Below, in pieces: positions 1-12,160 of a DNA stretch of 64,000 nt. The position numbers were made by a program, and so were the translations under genes. The stretch comes from Lama glama (Eukaryota): contig CM052818.1 in the NCBI GenBank assembly GCA_028534125.1, forward strand, positions 49,168,001-49,232,000. The letters are read 5' to 3'. Position 1 is the first letter of the stretch; each line of letters opens with the position of its first letter. Below the pieces are notes generated by a model. It made no database searches, was not told the DNA's origin, and was given only the letters and a program-made list of their open reading frames with translations.

Positions 1-610
1 GGGATGGGGCTCAGAAAGAAAGAAGAAGCACATTTGGTGATTCTGATGCTTGGTACACCGACACGCACTTCACAGAATCTCCACGCTTCTTTGGCACATG
101 AGTATTTGAGAGTTCATCGGCGACCAGAGCTAACTTACTCCTTTTAGTGGGGAGAGGATACAAAAATCCCACTTAATTATTTCTGTTATAAATTATTCGT
201 GCACTACTCATTAAATAGTTTTTGTAAAAGCAAATACGTTTTTTACGACCTCCAGTATGTTGATAAATATAGTTAAATTCTAACTCAACGGTGGACCCCA
301 TCTGCCGGGGAAAGTGTGCTGCGAAAGTGGTTAGAATCACGGGTTCCAGAATCAAAGCATCGGATTCAGTTCCTACCCGCACTCCTTTCCAGACGGGCAA
401 ACTACTAAGCTTCGTTGAGTTTCGGTTTTCTAATCTGTACATGGGGGCCCCTAACACCGCCTGCCTCCGTGGGCTGCAACAGGCATTGAGTGGGATATTG
501 ACATACAGTGCCCGGCTCATAGTGAGCGGTCTAGACATTCAAACCACTGTTACGACTGTTTATGTCTATGAAAGTTTGTGAAACTTCGCCCTAGAATGTA
601 TTCCAAACAA

Positions 611-797
611 TAAATAGGGAGTTTGGGCTTTACAGATACAAACCACCATACATGTAAAATAGACAAACAAGGGTTTACTGCATCTTGTAATAACCTGTCA
701 TGAAAAAGAATAGATACTCACATGTAAAACCGAATCACTATGCTGTACACAGGAACCTAACACAACATTGCAATCCAACTACATTTCAATTAAGAAA
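611..797 (+). mobile_element. LINE-1 3' UTR fragment (artiodactyl-type)
   Basis: Contains gaatcactatgctgtacac...aacacaacattg..aatc.aactacatttcaattaagaaa, the same 3' end as the longer L1 copies at 29.8 kb and 37.8 kb. Confidence 0.85.
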
Positions 798-799
798 GC

Positions 800-1090
800 A
801 TTCTCATTTAGCCTGTAGTAAGTGCCAGGCGCTCTCTAGTTTCTGGGGACACCTCAGCCCGCAGGACATAACATGTGCTTTCAGGGAGTTGCACACGTAC
901 GGCGGGAGAGACAGATAATGGAAAACTGGCAAATACCTGTGTAGTGTAACAGAGAAGTCATGCGTGCAACGAGGAAGAACAAAGCAGAGTGAGACAGGCA
1001 AAGAGCGGCCAGGGGTTCTGTTTAGGAAAGTTCTTCAGGGAGACCTTCTCTGTGGATGTAATAGTTGAGCAGAAGGTTAACTGACCGTGT
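800..1090 (-). mobile_element. L2 LINE fragment
   Basis: gtgccaggcgctctctagtttctggggacac...gggagagacagat resembles the reverse complement of the L2 3' region. Confidence 0.6.
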
Positions 1091-1924
1091 GGAACTCTTG
1101 AACCTCAGAGAGTCCCTTGAAAATGCCACGCGTTCAATCGTTAGAGCGACTCTCGGTCTCGTTCATCAATTCAGCACGTTTAAGACAGCAGGATACCGCC
1201 CACACATGTAAGCAAATGGTAATGAACACATGTGCACGTGATCTGTCTCAGCAAGTTAAAAATACCTTATACAGTCGCCATGATTAAAATCCGTGTTAAA
1301 TGAAAAGTTTTCTTGACGTTGGAGAACTCGTAGAGTATGTGAGCGTGTACACAGACATCTCTGCAGAAAACTGCATGTCAGAATGGACTCTGTACTTAAA
1401 TGTTTAAGTCTTCTTAGCAAAAATTGCAAATGAGAGTTTTGAAAGTTCAGTTGGACAACCGGAAGTGCAACATTTTAATTATATTATTTACTTTGCCAAG
1501 ACAATATGCACATCTCATACCTTGAATCTTTCCAAATCTTTGGCAGCAAATACCCTGCACCATCGAAAGCAGATGGCCCACTAATTTTAAAGCCCCATGT
1601 TAACCAAAAATATTGGAATATGGTAAAAGTTGAATTAATAAAATTATATGCAAACATCCAACAAAAACCAGTGCTTGTGCCAAACTCAATAAAGCCTCAG
1701 CGGGAGCTCCACACTGCTAGACCTTGCACAAGCCACAGTAAATACATTCTCTAAGGCTTCCGCGGGCCTCAGCGTGGAAGCCAGTTGGAAGATTCTATTT
1801 AATCTGGCCCTGTTAAGACGGAGCATATTTCTACCCTTGTTATCGCATGACTGCCCACTACGCTTACCCTCGGATGGGGACGGGTCCAAAGCGCTAACTC
1901 TGCAGCGATTTACCTGCAACGGCG

Positions 1925-2130
1925 CGACTCACACAGCACTGCCAGCGTTTTGAACTGGATCCTCCTTTGCTGCGAGAGGCTGCCCTGCACCTGGTAGGGC
2001 TTGGCAGCAGCCTTGGGCTCTACCCCCTAGATACCCCAGCATCACCCCCTTTACCTCGAGTAAAGGCAACTGAACGTCTCCAGGCATCCCCACTCGCCCC
2101 TGGGAGGCAAGTGCCTCTGACTGAGACTGT
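1925..2130 (-). mobile_element. MER20 (hAT-Charlie DNA transposon)
   Basis: ggctgccctgcac...gcagcagccttgggctctaccccctagatacc...gtctccaggcat...cccctgggaggcaa follows the MER20 reverse complement over about 200 bp. Confidence 0.8.
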
Positions 2131-5005
2131 TTAATGGTGCGGGTTTGAGGGAGACGGGAGGTTTCTGCACCCGGGGAGACTGGACCCATGAGAGGCTGTG
2201 TTTACCGTCCGCCAAGACCAGCAAAGGGCAGTCAACCCGGAACAGAGCATCATATTTAACAAAAACATTTGTTTGGCCTCCGTTAACTACTTTATATATT
2301 GAAATTCAAATTGGAACTCCTATAAATGTTTGAAAGAAAAACGGATGAATTCCACTTGTTCCCCCACTTTATTTCTACATTAAAGTTGATAGGTTGATAG
2401 ATAGACAGACAGCAAAAATAAATAAAATAATTTAAAGTATTGAAGCAGAAGAACACACTTGCTGCCTTTCCTCTGCTCACTGCTCCCTGAGACGCGCTTG
2501 TGTTCCAGATCCTGTCAGTCACACCTAGTCTCACTGGCACCAGCGGAGGGGGCGTCTCCCAGTGAGGTGCACGTGTTACCCACACAGAGAACTGGGCCCT
2601 CAGCCCGTGACTGCACAGGACAGAAGACATGATCCTGTCACCGTACCAGCCACGGAACTCTTTAATCCATCACACCACGCGAATCTCTTAGAAATAACTA
2701 CTTTTTAACTTTTATCCAACTAGAAGACTTCACCCGATTTGTAGAAATAAATTGTTGCTGCAGGTTCTGTATTTTCAAATGAGAAATATGTTCACGTGGT
2801 TAAATTGTTTTTTAATTATTATGTTAATTAATATCAAAACCAGATTGAAAACACAACGCTCGTCAGTTACAAAAATCAAGCTCTCATGAGAGAGAGGGAT
2901 TCATCTGTCCAGTCAACACAGCTGTGCTGAGAAGAGAAGAGCTCGTGCGCACGGGTGGCTTCTCTGCGCAGTCCTTTAGCTGCACCTCCCGCCCAGCAAC
3001 TCACAAATCCCAGGCTCGCTTCTAGTTTCTTTATAGAATTAGTCTGTAATTCCCTGTTAGTTGGATCTATTGGCGATAGACCCAACCTCTATGCCACTTA
3101 ATGCGCTCACAAATAAAGTCAGGGCGCTGGAGAACATGAAGACTTGTGCAGTGCTGCGTTCCACAGCTGGAAGCCTCAGGGGTTCAGGGTGCCACACTTT
3201 AGAATTGATGGGTGGAAACAGTTAATATTTCTCTGCATTTCTCCTCTCACCCAAACTCTGACCTCAATTCAAATGTCCCAGCAATTTTGAGTCAAATGTG
3301 AGTTGTTTTGTAAGTGATTTCATATCAAAAAGTCACATGTATGACCCAGACCAAGACACAGGTTTATACACAGAAGCAGAAAGAAGCTATGGACCCCCCA
3401 TTCCAACTCTCACTGCATAAAACTCACACGAAGGGGGCCCGGACTAGAGTGGGACTCAGCGTGAGGCAAACCAGGCTTGGGTTCTGTCTCTGTCAGGAGA
3501 TTGGGGTATGAATTATCCGACTTTAGACACATGGTTAGGAAATGGATTTTTGCCATCATAAATATTACTTTATTAACAGCAACATTAATAACTCAGCAGC
3601 ATATTTAATACCACTAGTGAGACGTGACCTACCAGACCAAAAGCATGGTAATCCAGCCACGGCAGGGCCTTCGTGAGGAAGTGGTTCAGGCACCAAAGAC
3701 TACGGGCAGGTATTTAACGTTCTCAGGTTCCCTGTGGATCCTGCCGGGTGAATCAGCAGCAGTCCCGTGCTGGGTTTATGGCGCACACTGGTGTTGGTTG
3801 TGACTGTCTTTGAAATATACATTATATTTGAATTCAACTGTGGTCTCATCCAAGAGTGCATCACATGAACAGTGCAAATGTGCGCCACCCATGCCCATCA
3901 GGACACTGATCTCCCTGTGTCTCTAGCCATCCTCAGACTCTCTCGTGCTCCTGATCCATGTGTGCTGACCCCTGCACACCCAAGAGGCAGCCCTGACGCC
4001 ACATCTGCAAAAGCGGGTTAATCGTCCCTCCCTCGCCATCTCTCTTCTCCCTCTTGGACGTGGGCACCAGCGATGGGCCACCCTGGAAGTCTTTCTGCGC
4101 CACTCTGCACATGCCGCCCAGCGGCACTGCCCACGCCACGTCTCTCCGATTTATTCCACGTCCGCTGACCTAAGTGGTTTCATCGCCAGCTCCCATGACC
4201 GCCTCATTGTGTTCCCAGACCCAGTTTCCCCAACCCTAGCCACCCTACACATCGAACTCTCAGGTCATCTTTCTCAAGCGTCAGTCTGATCACACTTCTC
4301 TCTTCTGCAAACCCCTGTATTGGTTTCTTGTGGTCTCCATAGCAACTTCCATTCCCCGCAGCATGGGGCTGTGGCACCAGGACAAAGAGCTCTCCTAGGC
4401 CTGGAGCAGACGCTGAGTCCACAGACGAGGTGAACGCAGCGTGCAGTTGGTGTGAAGCATGGAGTGCTTAGAATCTCTGAGAGAGGGAAAAGTGTGCAAT
4501 TGAGGAAACACAGACAAGTAATGAAGCAAAGGTGATCATACAGAAAGCAAACCTTACAGATTTGCAGCAAGAGAAGCAAAACTCTAGCACTAACCAGACA
4601 CTGTCGGTGCCCTCTGTGAGCTTCTGGCAAATGTTTTGTATTTATTCCCAAGTAATAGCAAGCCTCCATGGGTTCCTAGTTAATACAGATCTTCCCCGAG
4701 TCCTGGCGCAGCACATTTTCTTCCTGGAGTGGGAGCCTCCCTCCAGCCCCTGTGCACGGTCAGAGCTGCAAGTTCTAGGTGGGAATACCCCAAGCCTAGG
4801 GGCTCAGCTGAATGACTGAGCCCTGGAAATCTATGCTGGATTCAAAATTTGAAACCAAAACGGTAAAATTATCATCAGCCAATGCCATGTCTGCCACACA
4901 TGCATTATGCCAACTTGATTGTTTACTATATTTATAATTCCTAATTTCTGGAAAAATATTATTTTTATATCTGTTCAAATGTTATGTATTCTCATTTCCA
5001 TACTT

Positions 5006-5094
5006 TTTTTTTAACATTTTTTATTGATTTATAATCCTTTTACAATGTTGTATCAAATTCCAGCATACAGCACAGTTTTTCAGTTATACATGAA
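5006..5094 (-). mobile_element. Very short 5'-truncated L1 with 16-bp target-site duplication
   Basis: Poly-T followed by an L1 3'-end motif (ttattgatttataatc...tacaatgttgtatcaaattccagcatacagc), flanked by tctcatttccat(a/g)ctt at 4990-5005 and 5095-5110. Confidence 0.9.
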
Positions 5095-5349
5095 TCTCAT
5101 TTCCATGCTTGCTTGGCTAAGTGACCTATACTGATGGCTGGGAGAGCAGCGCCAACCACAATGAGTATCTTAAAAGCAAATTTATGAAGTTCCTTTTACA
5201 GCTGAAGCAAGCTGGTTTTGCTTGGATACGGATTCACGGAATGCATTTCATAAAACCTTCGCGCCGAGTGTGGGAGAGCAGTCTGCACAGAGGCCCTGAG
5301 GACTTGGAGACCCGTCCCCACCCCCTTGGGAACCTGGTTAACAGCTCAC

Positions 5350-5607
5350 TGCTCAACAGGCTATTCAGGTGTCAACTCTCCTGAAAAGCTTTCCTTAATC
5401 CCCTGGGACAGTCACTCCCTCTTTCCCCCCACTGCCCTCCTGTCTGGCACATTCTGCTGTCATCCTTGTTTACAAGTATGACTTCCCTCCCAGAGTATGA
5501 ACAGCTTGGGGTTAAGATCTACATTTTATTCTTCTTTCTTCACCCTGAGAACATCTCAAATTTTTGGAAATTCGATACAACGCAATACATATTTGTTGAA
5601 TTGAACT
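5350..5607 (+). mobile_element. L2 LINE 3' end
   Basis: Ends in caatacatatttgttgaattgaa, a typical L2 terminus. Confidence 0.6.
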
Positions 5608-5819
5608 AAACCCAAAGACAAAACCACCAACCCCAAAACGAAGAGCAAAGACACAACCAAAACCAATATGGGAAGAAGAGGCAGTAATTCAAGACCTGAA
5701 GACAAGGTGGCACCAAAGCTGGGGCACAGACCTGATGGCTGATCCCTCACTGGAGGAGGTCCACCATCGCCACATCAACACCCCAAGGAGGGAGGACCAA
5801 GGAGCTCTCACCACCCAAC

Positions 5820-6230
5820 CGACCTGCGTTAAGCACTTACCCTGCACTGTGGGCCATGTTGTTTAACAAGGACAGAGAAACAAGCATGTGTCCCCTGCAA
5901 GTTCATAGCCAGCCATAAAGATACAATGAAAACATAACCCCGGTCTGTGCCACATGACACAGCCATGAAGCACACACAGTCATGTGGGAGAACCAAGGAG
6001 TTAATTCTGTTCTGTGAAGAACGTTCAGGGAAACTTCACAGGGAACGTAGGTTCTGTGCTATGTGTGCAAGAGTGACTAGGACGCCACCGGCTTGGAACG
6101 GCGCTGGTCTGTGGTGGGCAAGGTGGACAGAATGTAAGCCGAGGCTGGGTGGGGCGCGAGAGCCCAAACAGGCCTGCACGGCAGGAGCTGAGGAGAGCTG
6201 GTGGGCGTCAGAAGGGAAAGCGAACGCGTG
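5820..6230 (-). mobile_element. L2 LINE fragment
   Basis: Degenerate match to the reverse complement of L2 (aagcacttaccctgcac...gtcccctgcaagttcatag...cagggaaacttcacagg). Confidence 0.45.
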
Positions 6231-6444
6231 GGCGGCCCCAGGAGCTCCGGTCTTGAATGCTAACCTTGCACTCAGTTCTGTAGCAAACCGTCAAACAAAC
6301 GTGCCATTTGTCACGTGGGCACGTGGGTTTGCTTGTCTGGGCTTCCAGATGCGTCTCCTACAGGGACAAGCACAGAGCTCCGCAGGAACGTACACAGCGG
6401 CACCCGTGAAACTGGAACCGTGTGTGCGCATGAAAAGGGCGATT

Positions 6445-6660
6445 TCTGAAACCAGGTGGGACTCGATTCAAATCCCAGCGCTGCCCTGGATGACTGAGCC
6501 ACCTTGCGTGTGCTGCCGGGACACTCCACGCTCAGTTCGGCCATGTGAATAAGGGGCTTGTAGGGGAGACCTCGTGGGTTGTCGCGGGTCCTGACGAGAC
6601 AGCTGGGCAGGAGGGGCATGCGGTCAGCGATGTGCTGGGCCCTCCCAAAGGCAGAGTGGG
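6445..6660 (+). mobile_element. MIR SINE (GC-shifted copy)
   Basis: gattcaaatcccagcgctgccc...ctcagttcggccatgtgaataagggg...cctcgtgggttgtcgcggg matches the MIR core layout. Confidence 0.6.
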
Positions 6661-9630
6661 CACCTCGCTCAGGGATGCTTTCTTCCACTCACCTTTATGC
6701 CTTTCAGAGACCAAGGCGATCACACTCAACAGGTGTCAGACGCAGGAAGATGCTAAGAACGTTTCGATTGACCCCAGCCTTTCTGTCTGACCCTCCCTGT
6801 TCCTACGTCTTCCGCCTCCTGCACCACCGGGTCACACTGCTTCACGTTTCTTAGGGTCACACTCCCCCTCCTGGCTCTACATCTGGTCACTTCTGCTTCC
6901 TGTTTGTGATGCGTGAGGAGGTGAGGCCCACGCTGCTCCCTCCTATAACTCGTCCCAGTGTGCTGTCACCGTCCACGAGCTGCCTCTCCCCTGTTCTTAG
7001 GATGTGGGAACTGAGGGTGAAGCCTGTTGTCTGTGCTGCACCCCAGACCAGTGGGTGTGCAGCCAGTGTCCGTCGGTCGGGGCTGAGTTAGATGGTGCGG
7101 GTCACCCGGCATCACCACCGACACACTCTGCTCTGTTCTTCCGAAGCTGGCGGTCAACGCGCCGCGTGCTTGGTGGGGTTAGTCTTCCTTGTCGGGTGTG
7201 GCGTCCTGTGCGGAGAGTGGGCTCCTGATGTCGTCACCTCCCTTTCTTGGGCAGGTCCCACGTCAGGTTAGCTCATTTGACCACTCCTCGCTGCCCCTCC
7301 CTGCCCTTTCATGTTTCTCTCTCAAACCAAGGGAGCTCCTGGGAGTCCTTCCCAGCAGCCAGTTTGCAGCATTTCAGGGAACACCCTAGAGGGAACCGCA
7401 GTGAGCACAACCAGAGAAGCTCCTTTTGTCGCGAAGGAGGACAGAGTGCGTCAGCCCAGACCTGGATCAGTCCTCCTCTCCAGCACACGAGAAGGCCGGT
7501 GACCAGGTGTCCGAGAACGTCAGCCTTAGTCAGGGCAAAGCAAAGGAACCAATGACACTGTTTGAAAGTCCTGGAAGACTCAGGGCTACATCCATACCTG
7601 TGGGAAGTATTTTGGTAAGCAGCATTTGCAAAGCCAACTCTGACTCTTTTTGAGGAAATTATCCTGAAGAACAACTCTGAGGAGTTTAGATAAATATTTT
7701 TGTAGAAAATTTCCCCATAAATTTTAGAAGCTTCTTTCTATCAAATTTGCCTGTTTTGGCCTTCTGCAGAGAGACTGTTAGTGTTCAGAGGCAAGTCCTT
7801 CTAAGCTCAACGATCGTGTGGATGCCTGAGAGCAAGTGTGATTTAATGACTGATCATGTTTTTCTTTTCGTGTTTCTAAATTTGTTTGTTAAACTAGTTA
7901 GGAGATTCCCCTTACAACTGAGTATATTGTGAAATGATGCCTAAGTGAAGCACTAAGGAAAAAACAGATACTTGCTGGACAGTAAACGGGGAGGTTTGGG
8001 GATATTACCATTTAATTTTTTAGTTAGCTTTAAAAACGTCACTCTGCTTTCTACCAATTTAAATTTAGTCAGGGAAGCTGAAAGAAAACAGAAGAGGTAA
8101 AAATAAGAAGCTGAAGCGCCGTCGTAAGCACCTATGACTGGAGGTGGTGGTGACTCCGGAACACGTTTAATCTTCCGTCAGCGTCAGACGAGAAAGTGAG
8201 CGTTAAACAAACACCCAGTGGGAGTTGAAACGTGGAGGGAGTCACCTGCGCCCAAGAGGCTGATTCATGTGGAACAGCACAGTGGACTGAGCTGGGTCTC
8301 GGGAAGGGGGCGGGACAGCCTGCGCTAGAGGACGTGTCCGTCAGCAAAGAGTCCTCCTCTGACAGCAGCTTATTTCTAATTATGTGATGGTCAAACTGTG
8401 TCAAGTCTGTGATGTTATATGGCCTCTGTTCGATAATCTTAAACCTATTTTTAAGCGTAAAATTCCCACTTAAACCCAAAGTAAAAAATGGTTACGCTGA
8501 AGCATAGACCTTGTTTACATCACTTTAAAGAATTAGCAGAGCTGTGTAAACCCTGCTATACTACCTTTACACACAACGCAGGTGTGCGCGCGCGCGTAAG
8601 CACGCATGCACGTGCGCACCAAGTGCAGGAGGCGCCCGCTCAGGACCTTCCGGACTGCGCGACTTCGCCTCTGCGGGTAAACCACACGGCGCCGCGCCAG
8701 GCAGGAAACACATCCTTCCAGGACAGAATTTGTCTGCTTTCTAGTGAGGAAGTTAGAAAGCATTTTTCAAAGACAGGCTGGACTTTATAAAGGTGCTACA
8801 AATCTAATAAAACGGAAGGAGTTGCTTAAAAAAAAAAAGAAACAGCCAGGTGACCTCCCGGCTCGAGCTGCCCCTTAACAACATCATGGGCTGCAGGGGT
8901 CACAGGCCGCGGGGCCAGACATTCCTACTCGTGGCTTCAGTGTTACCACGTCCTGAGCAGTTGTCATCGTCAGCAAATTACCGTCTAGGCCTCCTCCACC
9001 TTCACCAGCAAAACGAGAACACCCTCTCTTTATCCCTGAGGCTCACACCGCCCCTGACACAAGGCAGGTGCCGCCGCTGGAGGCTCCTGCCACGACTCCG
9101 TTGCCAGCATTTACCACTTCATTTAGGCTGCGGGCGTACCCTGGCTCTCCTCTTTTCTCTCTGTTTCCTTCTCTAAGAAGAAGGCAGGTGCCTGAGAGCA
9201 AAGACCCAGTCCACCTTCCCCCGCCCCCGCCTCCTCCCCCGCCTCCCCCGCCCGCAGTCCTCAGGACAGAGACTCCGTCCTTACGTCTGTGCATCCATTT
9301 CACAGCACCGACTACTGTACGGATAATCCAGAGCACATCTTTGGAGCTATTAGAGTTCAGGAGATTTTAAACCTCCTACTTTGAGAGTGAACCTGCCCCA
9401 CGGCTCCCAGACTGCAGACAGCTCAGGAGCGGTTACCCCCATTTAGACATTCCGTGTGATGGCAGGACTTTTGGGGCCATTGGAATTTCCCCAAAGACTT
9501 AATTCTCTCAATCGCACAACATTGCTGGTCCAAGTATGGGTTTTTTTCTCCTTCAAACTCCAGCTTGACCCAGAATTTCTCGTGCTGAACAGCAAGCCCA
9601 TATCCATCCAGTAACTGAGAGTGGGACCCC

Positions 9631-10160
9631 CTCACCGCCATGTTTCTCTCTTTGCTTCCTTGTCTCTGAGCTCCTGGTCGTTACTTTAATAAGCCGCTTA
9701 CTTTTAACAACAGGTTAAACTAAAACACAAACTGGATCAGAATTTATTTGTCCCTTTTGACAGAGTTGGTCCAATATAGTCCTTGATATTGTGCCTCAAG
9801 TGTAAAAAAACAATTTAAGTCATTTTACAGCCTGAAATTGGAGTTGCTTCCACGGTGCACGATGAGTGAGAGCCTGCATTGAGCCATAATCCCCCAGTGC
9901 AGGTGTTGCTCTGGGACCCCACACGGTTCCTTCCAAGAAGACCTCTGACCCGGGGCCAGACCCCTCAGGATCGGCAGCAGCCAGGACCCGCAGTGGTAGC
10001 AGCCTGAGTGCGGGGAGCCTGCCCGCGGTGAGCTCTGAGACCCTCCTGCAGAGAGAACGGCCACTGAGGGTCCAGCTTGGCTGGACCGCGAGAAGAGAGG
10101 AGGAGGAGGTGCGGTGCCCAAGCTCTGGGCGGAAGCTTGGCTCCGTGATTGGTCAGCTGG
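9631..10160 (-). promoter_or_regulatory. Candidate minus-strand promoter with a short first coding exon (Met-Ala, then GT donor)
   Basis: Minus strand reads TATTAAA (9691-9685), then AGAGAAAC ATG GCG|GTGAGG (ATG at 9641-9639). GC-box/ETS GGGCGGAAG at 10127-10135 and CCAAT at 10152-10148. Gene not recognised. Confidence 0.4.
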
Positions 10161-11319
10161 GGAATCCAAGACAATCCGACTTGCTTCTGAGTCTGCTTTT
10201 TACCTTGAAAACTGAGACTAGAATATTTTTCCTAATTAGATTATTATGGAAAACATTTTAAAACAAACAAAAATATCCAGAACACTGCTTTTCTTATGAT
10301 AGTTATTAAATAACTTTTTCCTTCCGCTGCTAAAAGAAAACAAACAAGTTCCTTTCATCTCGGGACAACTTAGATTTTTGAGTAGTTATGCTTTAAACTG
10401 CTGTGAGAATTTTCCTAAGAGTTTCAGTTGATCTTGGTTTAATCCTTCAGGCCAGAAAGCATATGCCTTGCTCTCTTTTGTGCTTGAGCGTCCTTGACGT
10501 ACAAAATTAGTTTTTATGTTCGCTTCAGCCTGTTCTCCATCAGGCTAAGGGGTTGGAATTTTTTGAAACTAATTCTTAAAATATATGGTTTCAAACCTCT
10601 CACTCCTGCAGTCTCATAACTACACAGCTTCCAGCTTGCCGAGATCCCTCGTGCGTGTGGACCTGGACTCATGAGGATATTTTTGGCTGGGGGCAAAAGA
10701 CACCACGGCATGGGACACAGCGCTCCCACCCCATGCAAGGTTGTGGGTACTTTGTGGGCTGGCGAATGGCAGATAAGCCACCAGAGAGGGGAAAACAATT
10801 AACATGCTGTGGAAAGTGTCTTCAGTGTTATCAGTGTCGCCAGGTAGATGGGTCCAAGTCGTCAGGGAGCGACTCTGAAGGTCTCTGCTTATTCAGAGCA
10901 TGGGTTTTCAGAGGGAAAGCTAGAAGTTTGAAAGACACACAGGAGGTGTTGTCAATGGATTCGTCCATCTCAAATTCTAGTGAGTTCCAAGCAGAATGAA
11001 AACTGCCCATGAAACACTGGATACATTTAAAAGCTTTGTGAAAGTTAAATACCTGAATACTTTTAAGTGATAAACTCACGCACGTTGGTAAAATTCAATA
11101 GTTTTTAGGTTAGGCTGTGCACGTGCAGTGGGCGAGGCAAGTGCACACAGATGGATGTGAGCCTCGCTGTCGCCTTTGTGAGCATATGCAGCCCCCCCCC
11201 CAACATCCCTGGGCACTCCTGGGAAGCCAGCCCTAGCCAGGTGGCTGGGGAGGAGGTCTGCCCCTCTGTGTTTCTCTAACTTGGCGTGGGAGGAATTAGC
11301 CCTGCACGTTGGAATAAGC

Positions 11320-11460
11320 ATGACCTTGGATTTATATTCAGCTTGTTTCTAAAGACACGTGTGACTTTGACAGGTTTCTAAAACCCACGAGCTTCATTTT
11401 GCGTGTGTGCGGAATAGGGGTTACTAACACTCACCTCAAGAGTTCTTAGGCATATGTTCA
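11320..11460 (+). mobile_element. MIR SINE fragment
   Basis: tgtgactttgacagg...gagcttcattttg...ggaataggggttactaacactcacctcaagag. Confidence 0.6.
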
Positions 11461-11654
11461 CGACACCTCCTCCATGCAGCCTCCTTGTTCTTGTGAACAA
11501 ATCTAGTTGACACCATTCATAGCTGGTCTTTAAGTGACAAGAGAAATGTCATGTGAAGGCAGCAGACACCAAATAGGTGTCTGATTTTTGCTGCTCAAGA
11601 AAAATTTCAAGTTTATACATTTTCTTGAAACAGAGAACAAATTGTTTTACTTGA

Positions 11655-11900
11655 AATAAGAATTCTTCTAAGCACCACTGTGTGCAAAGCACCGTTCCGA
11701 GCGCTGAGAATCCCAGAACAGAGAAGACCACACCGGGCTGACCTTCTGAGGAGCACCGGCTGCCCAGACGCAGGTAGGCACACAAGGGGAGGGGGTTGAT
11801 ATTGGCAAACGTAACGAAGAGACGTCACCTGGAGGTGACACTTTAGACTAGGAGGCCAGAAGAGGAGAGGGGACACTTGAGATCTGCGTGGCAATGAGTG
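11655..11900 (-). mobile_element. L2 LINE fragment
   Basis: ctaagcaccactgtgtgcaaagcaccgttccgagcgctgagaat...ggaggtgacacttt resembles the L2 3' end reversed. Confidence 0.6.
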
Positions 11901-12043
11901 TAAGTCCTGGTACATGCTGGCGAAAGAATCCTCATGGTGATGCTCAGTTATCGGAGGCAACTTTCAGGTTAAAAATGGATAATAATGATTGCAGCATATT
12001 GTCACCATGAATGAGTCTGGCTCTTGCTGAGCTTGAGCCCAAT

Positions 12044-12160
12044 AGGCCATCCACTCCTAAGGGAGAGCATCCATGCTGGATCCAGTGGACCGTCCACACC
12101 TAAGGGAGAGTATTCATAATGAGCCACACAGACCAGCCACAACTAAAGGAGCATATTTTA
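12044..12160. repeat. Degenerate 43-bp minisatellite, about 3 units
   Basis: ccactcctaagggagag (12051), ccacacctaagggagag (12094) and ccacaactaaaggagca (12137) recur at an exact 43-bp period. Confidence 0.75.

Noticed and set aside
5947..6552. 201-aa ORF, the longest in the track
   Set aside because: It starts at a non-ATG codon, overlaps L2 and MIR remnants, and shows no protein-family resemblance
9043..9370. Poly-Pro and poly-Gly ORFs
   Set aside because: Translation artefact of the C-rich tract at 9215-9255
9631..9700. Assigning a gene symbol to the Met-Ala exon
   Set aside because: Two codons are not enough to identify it, and I found no downstream coding exon in the window
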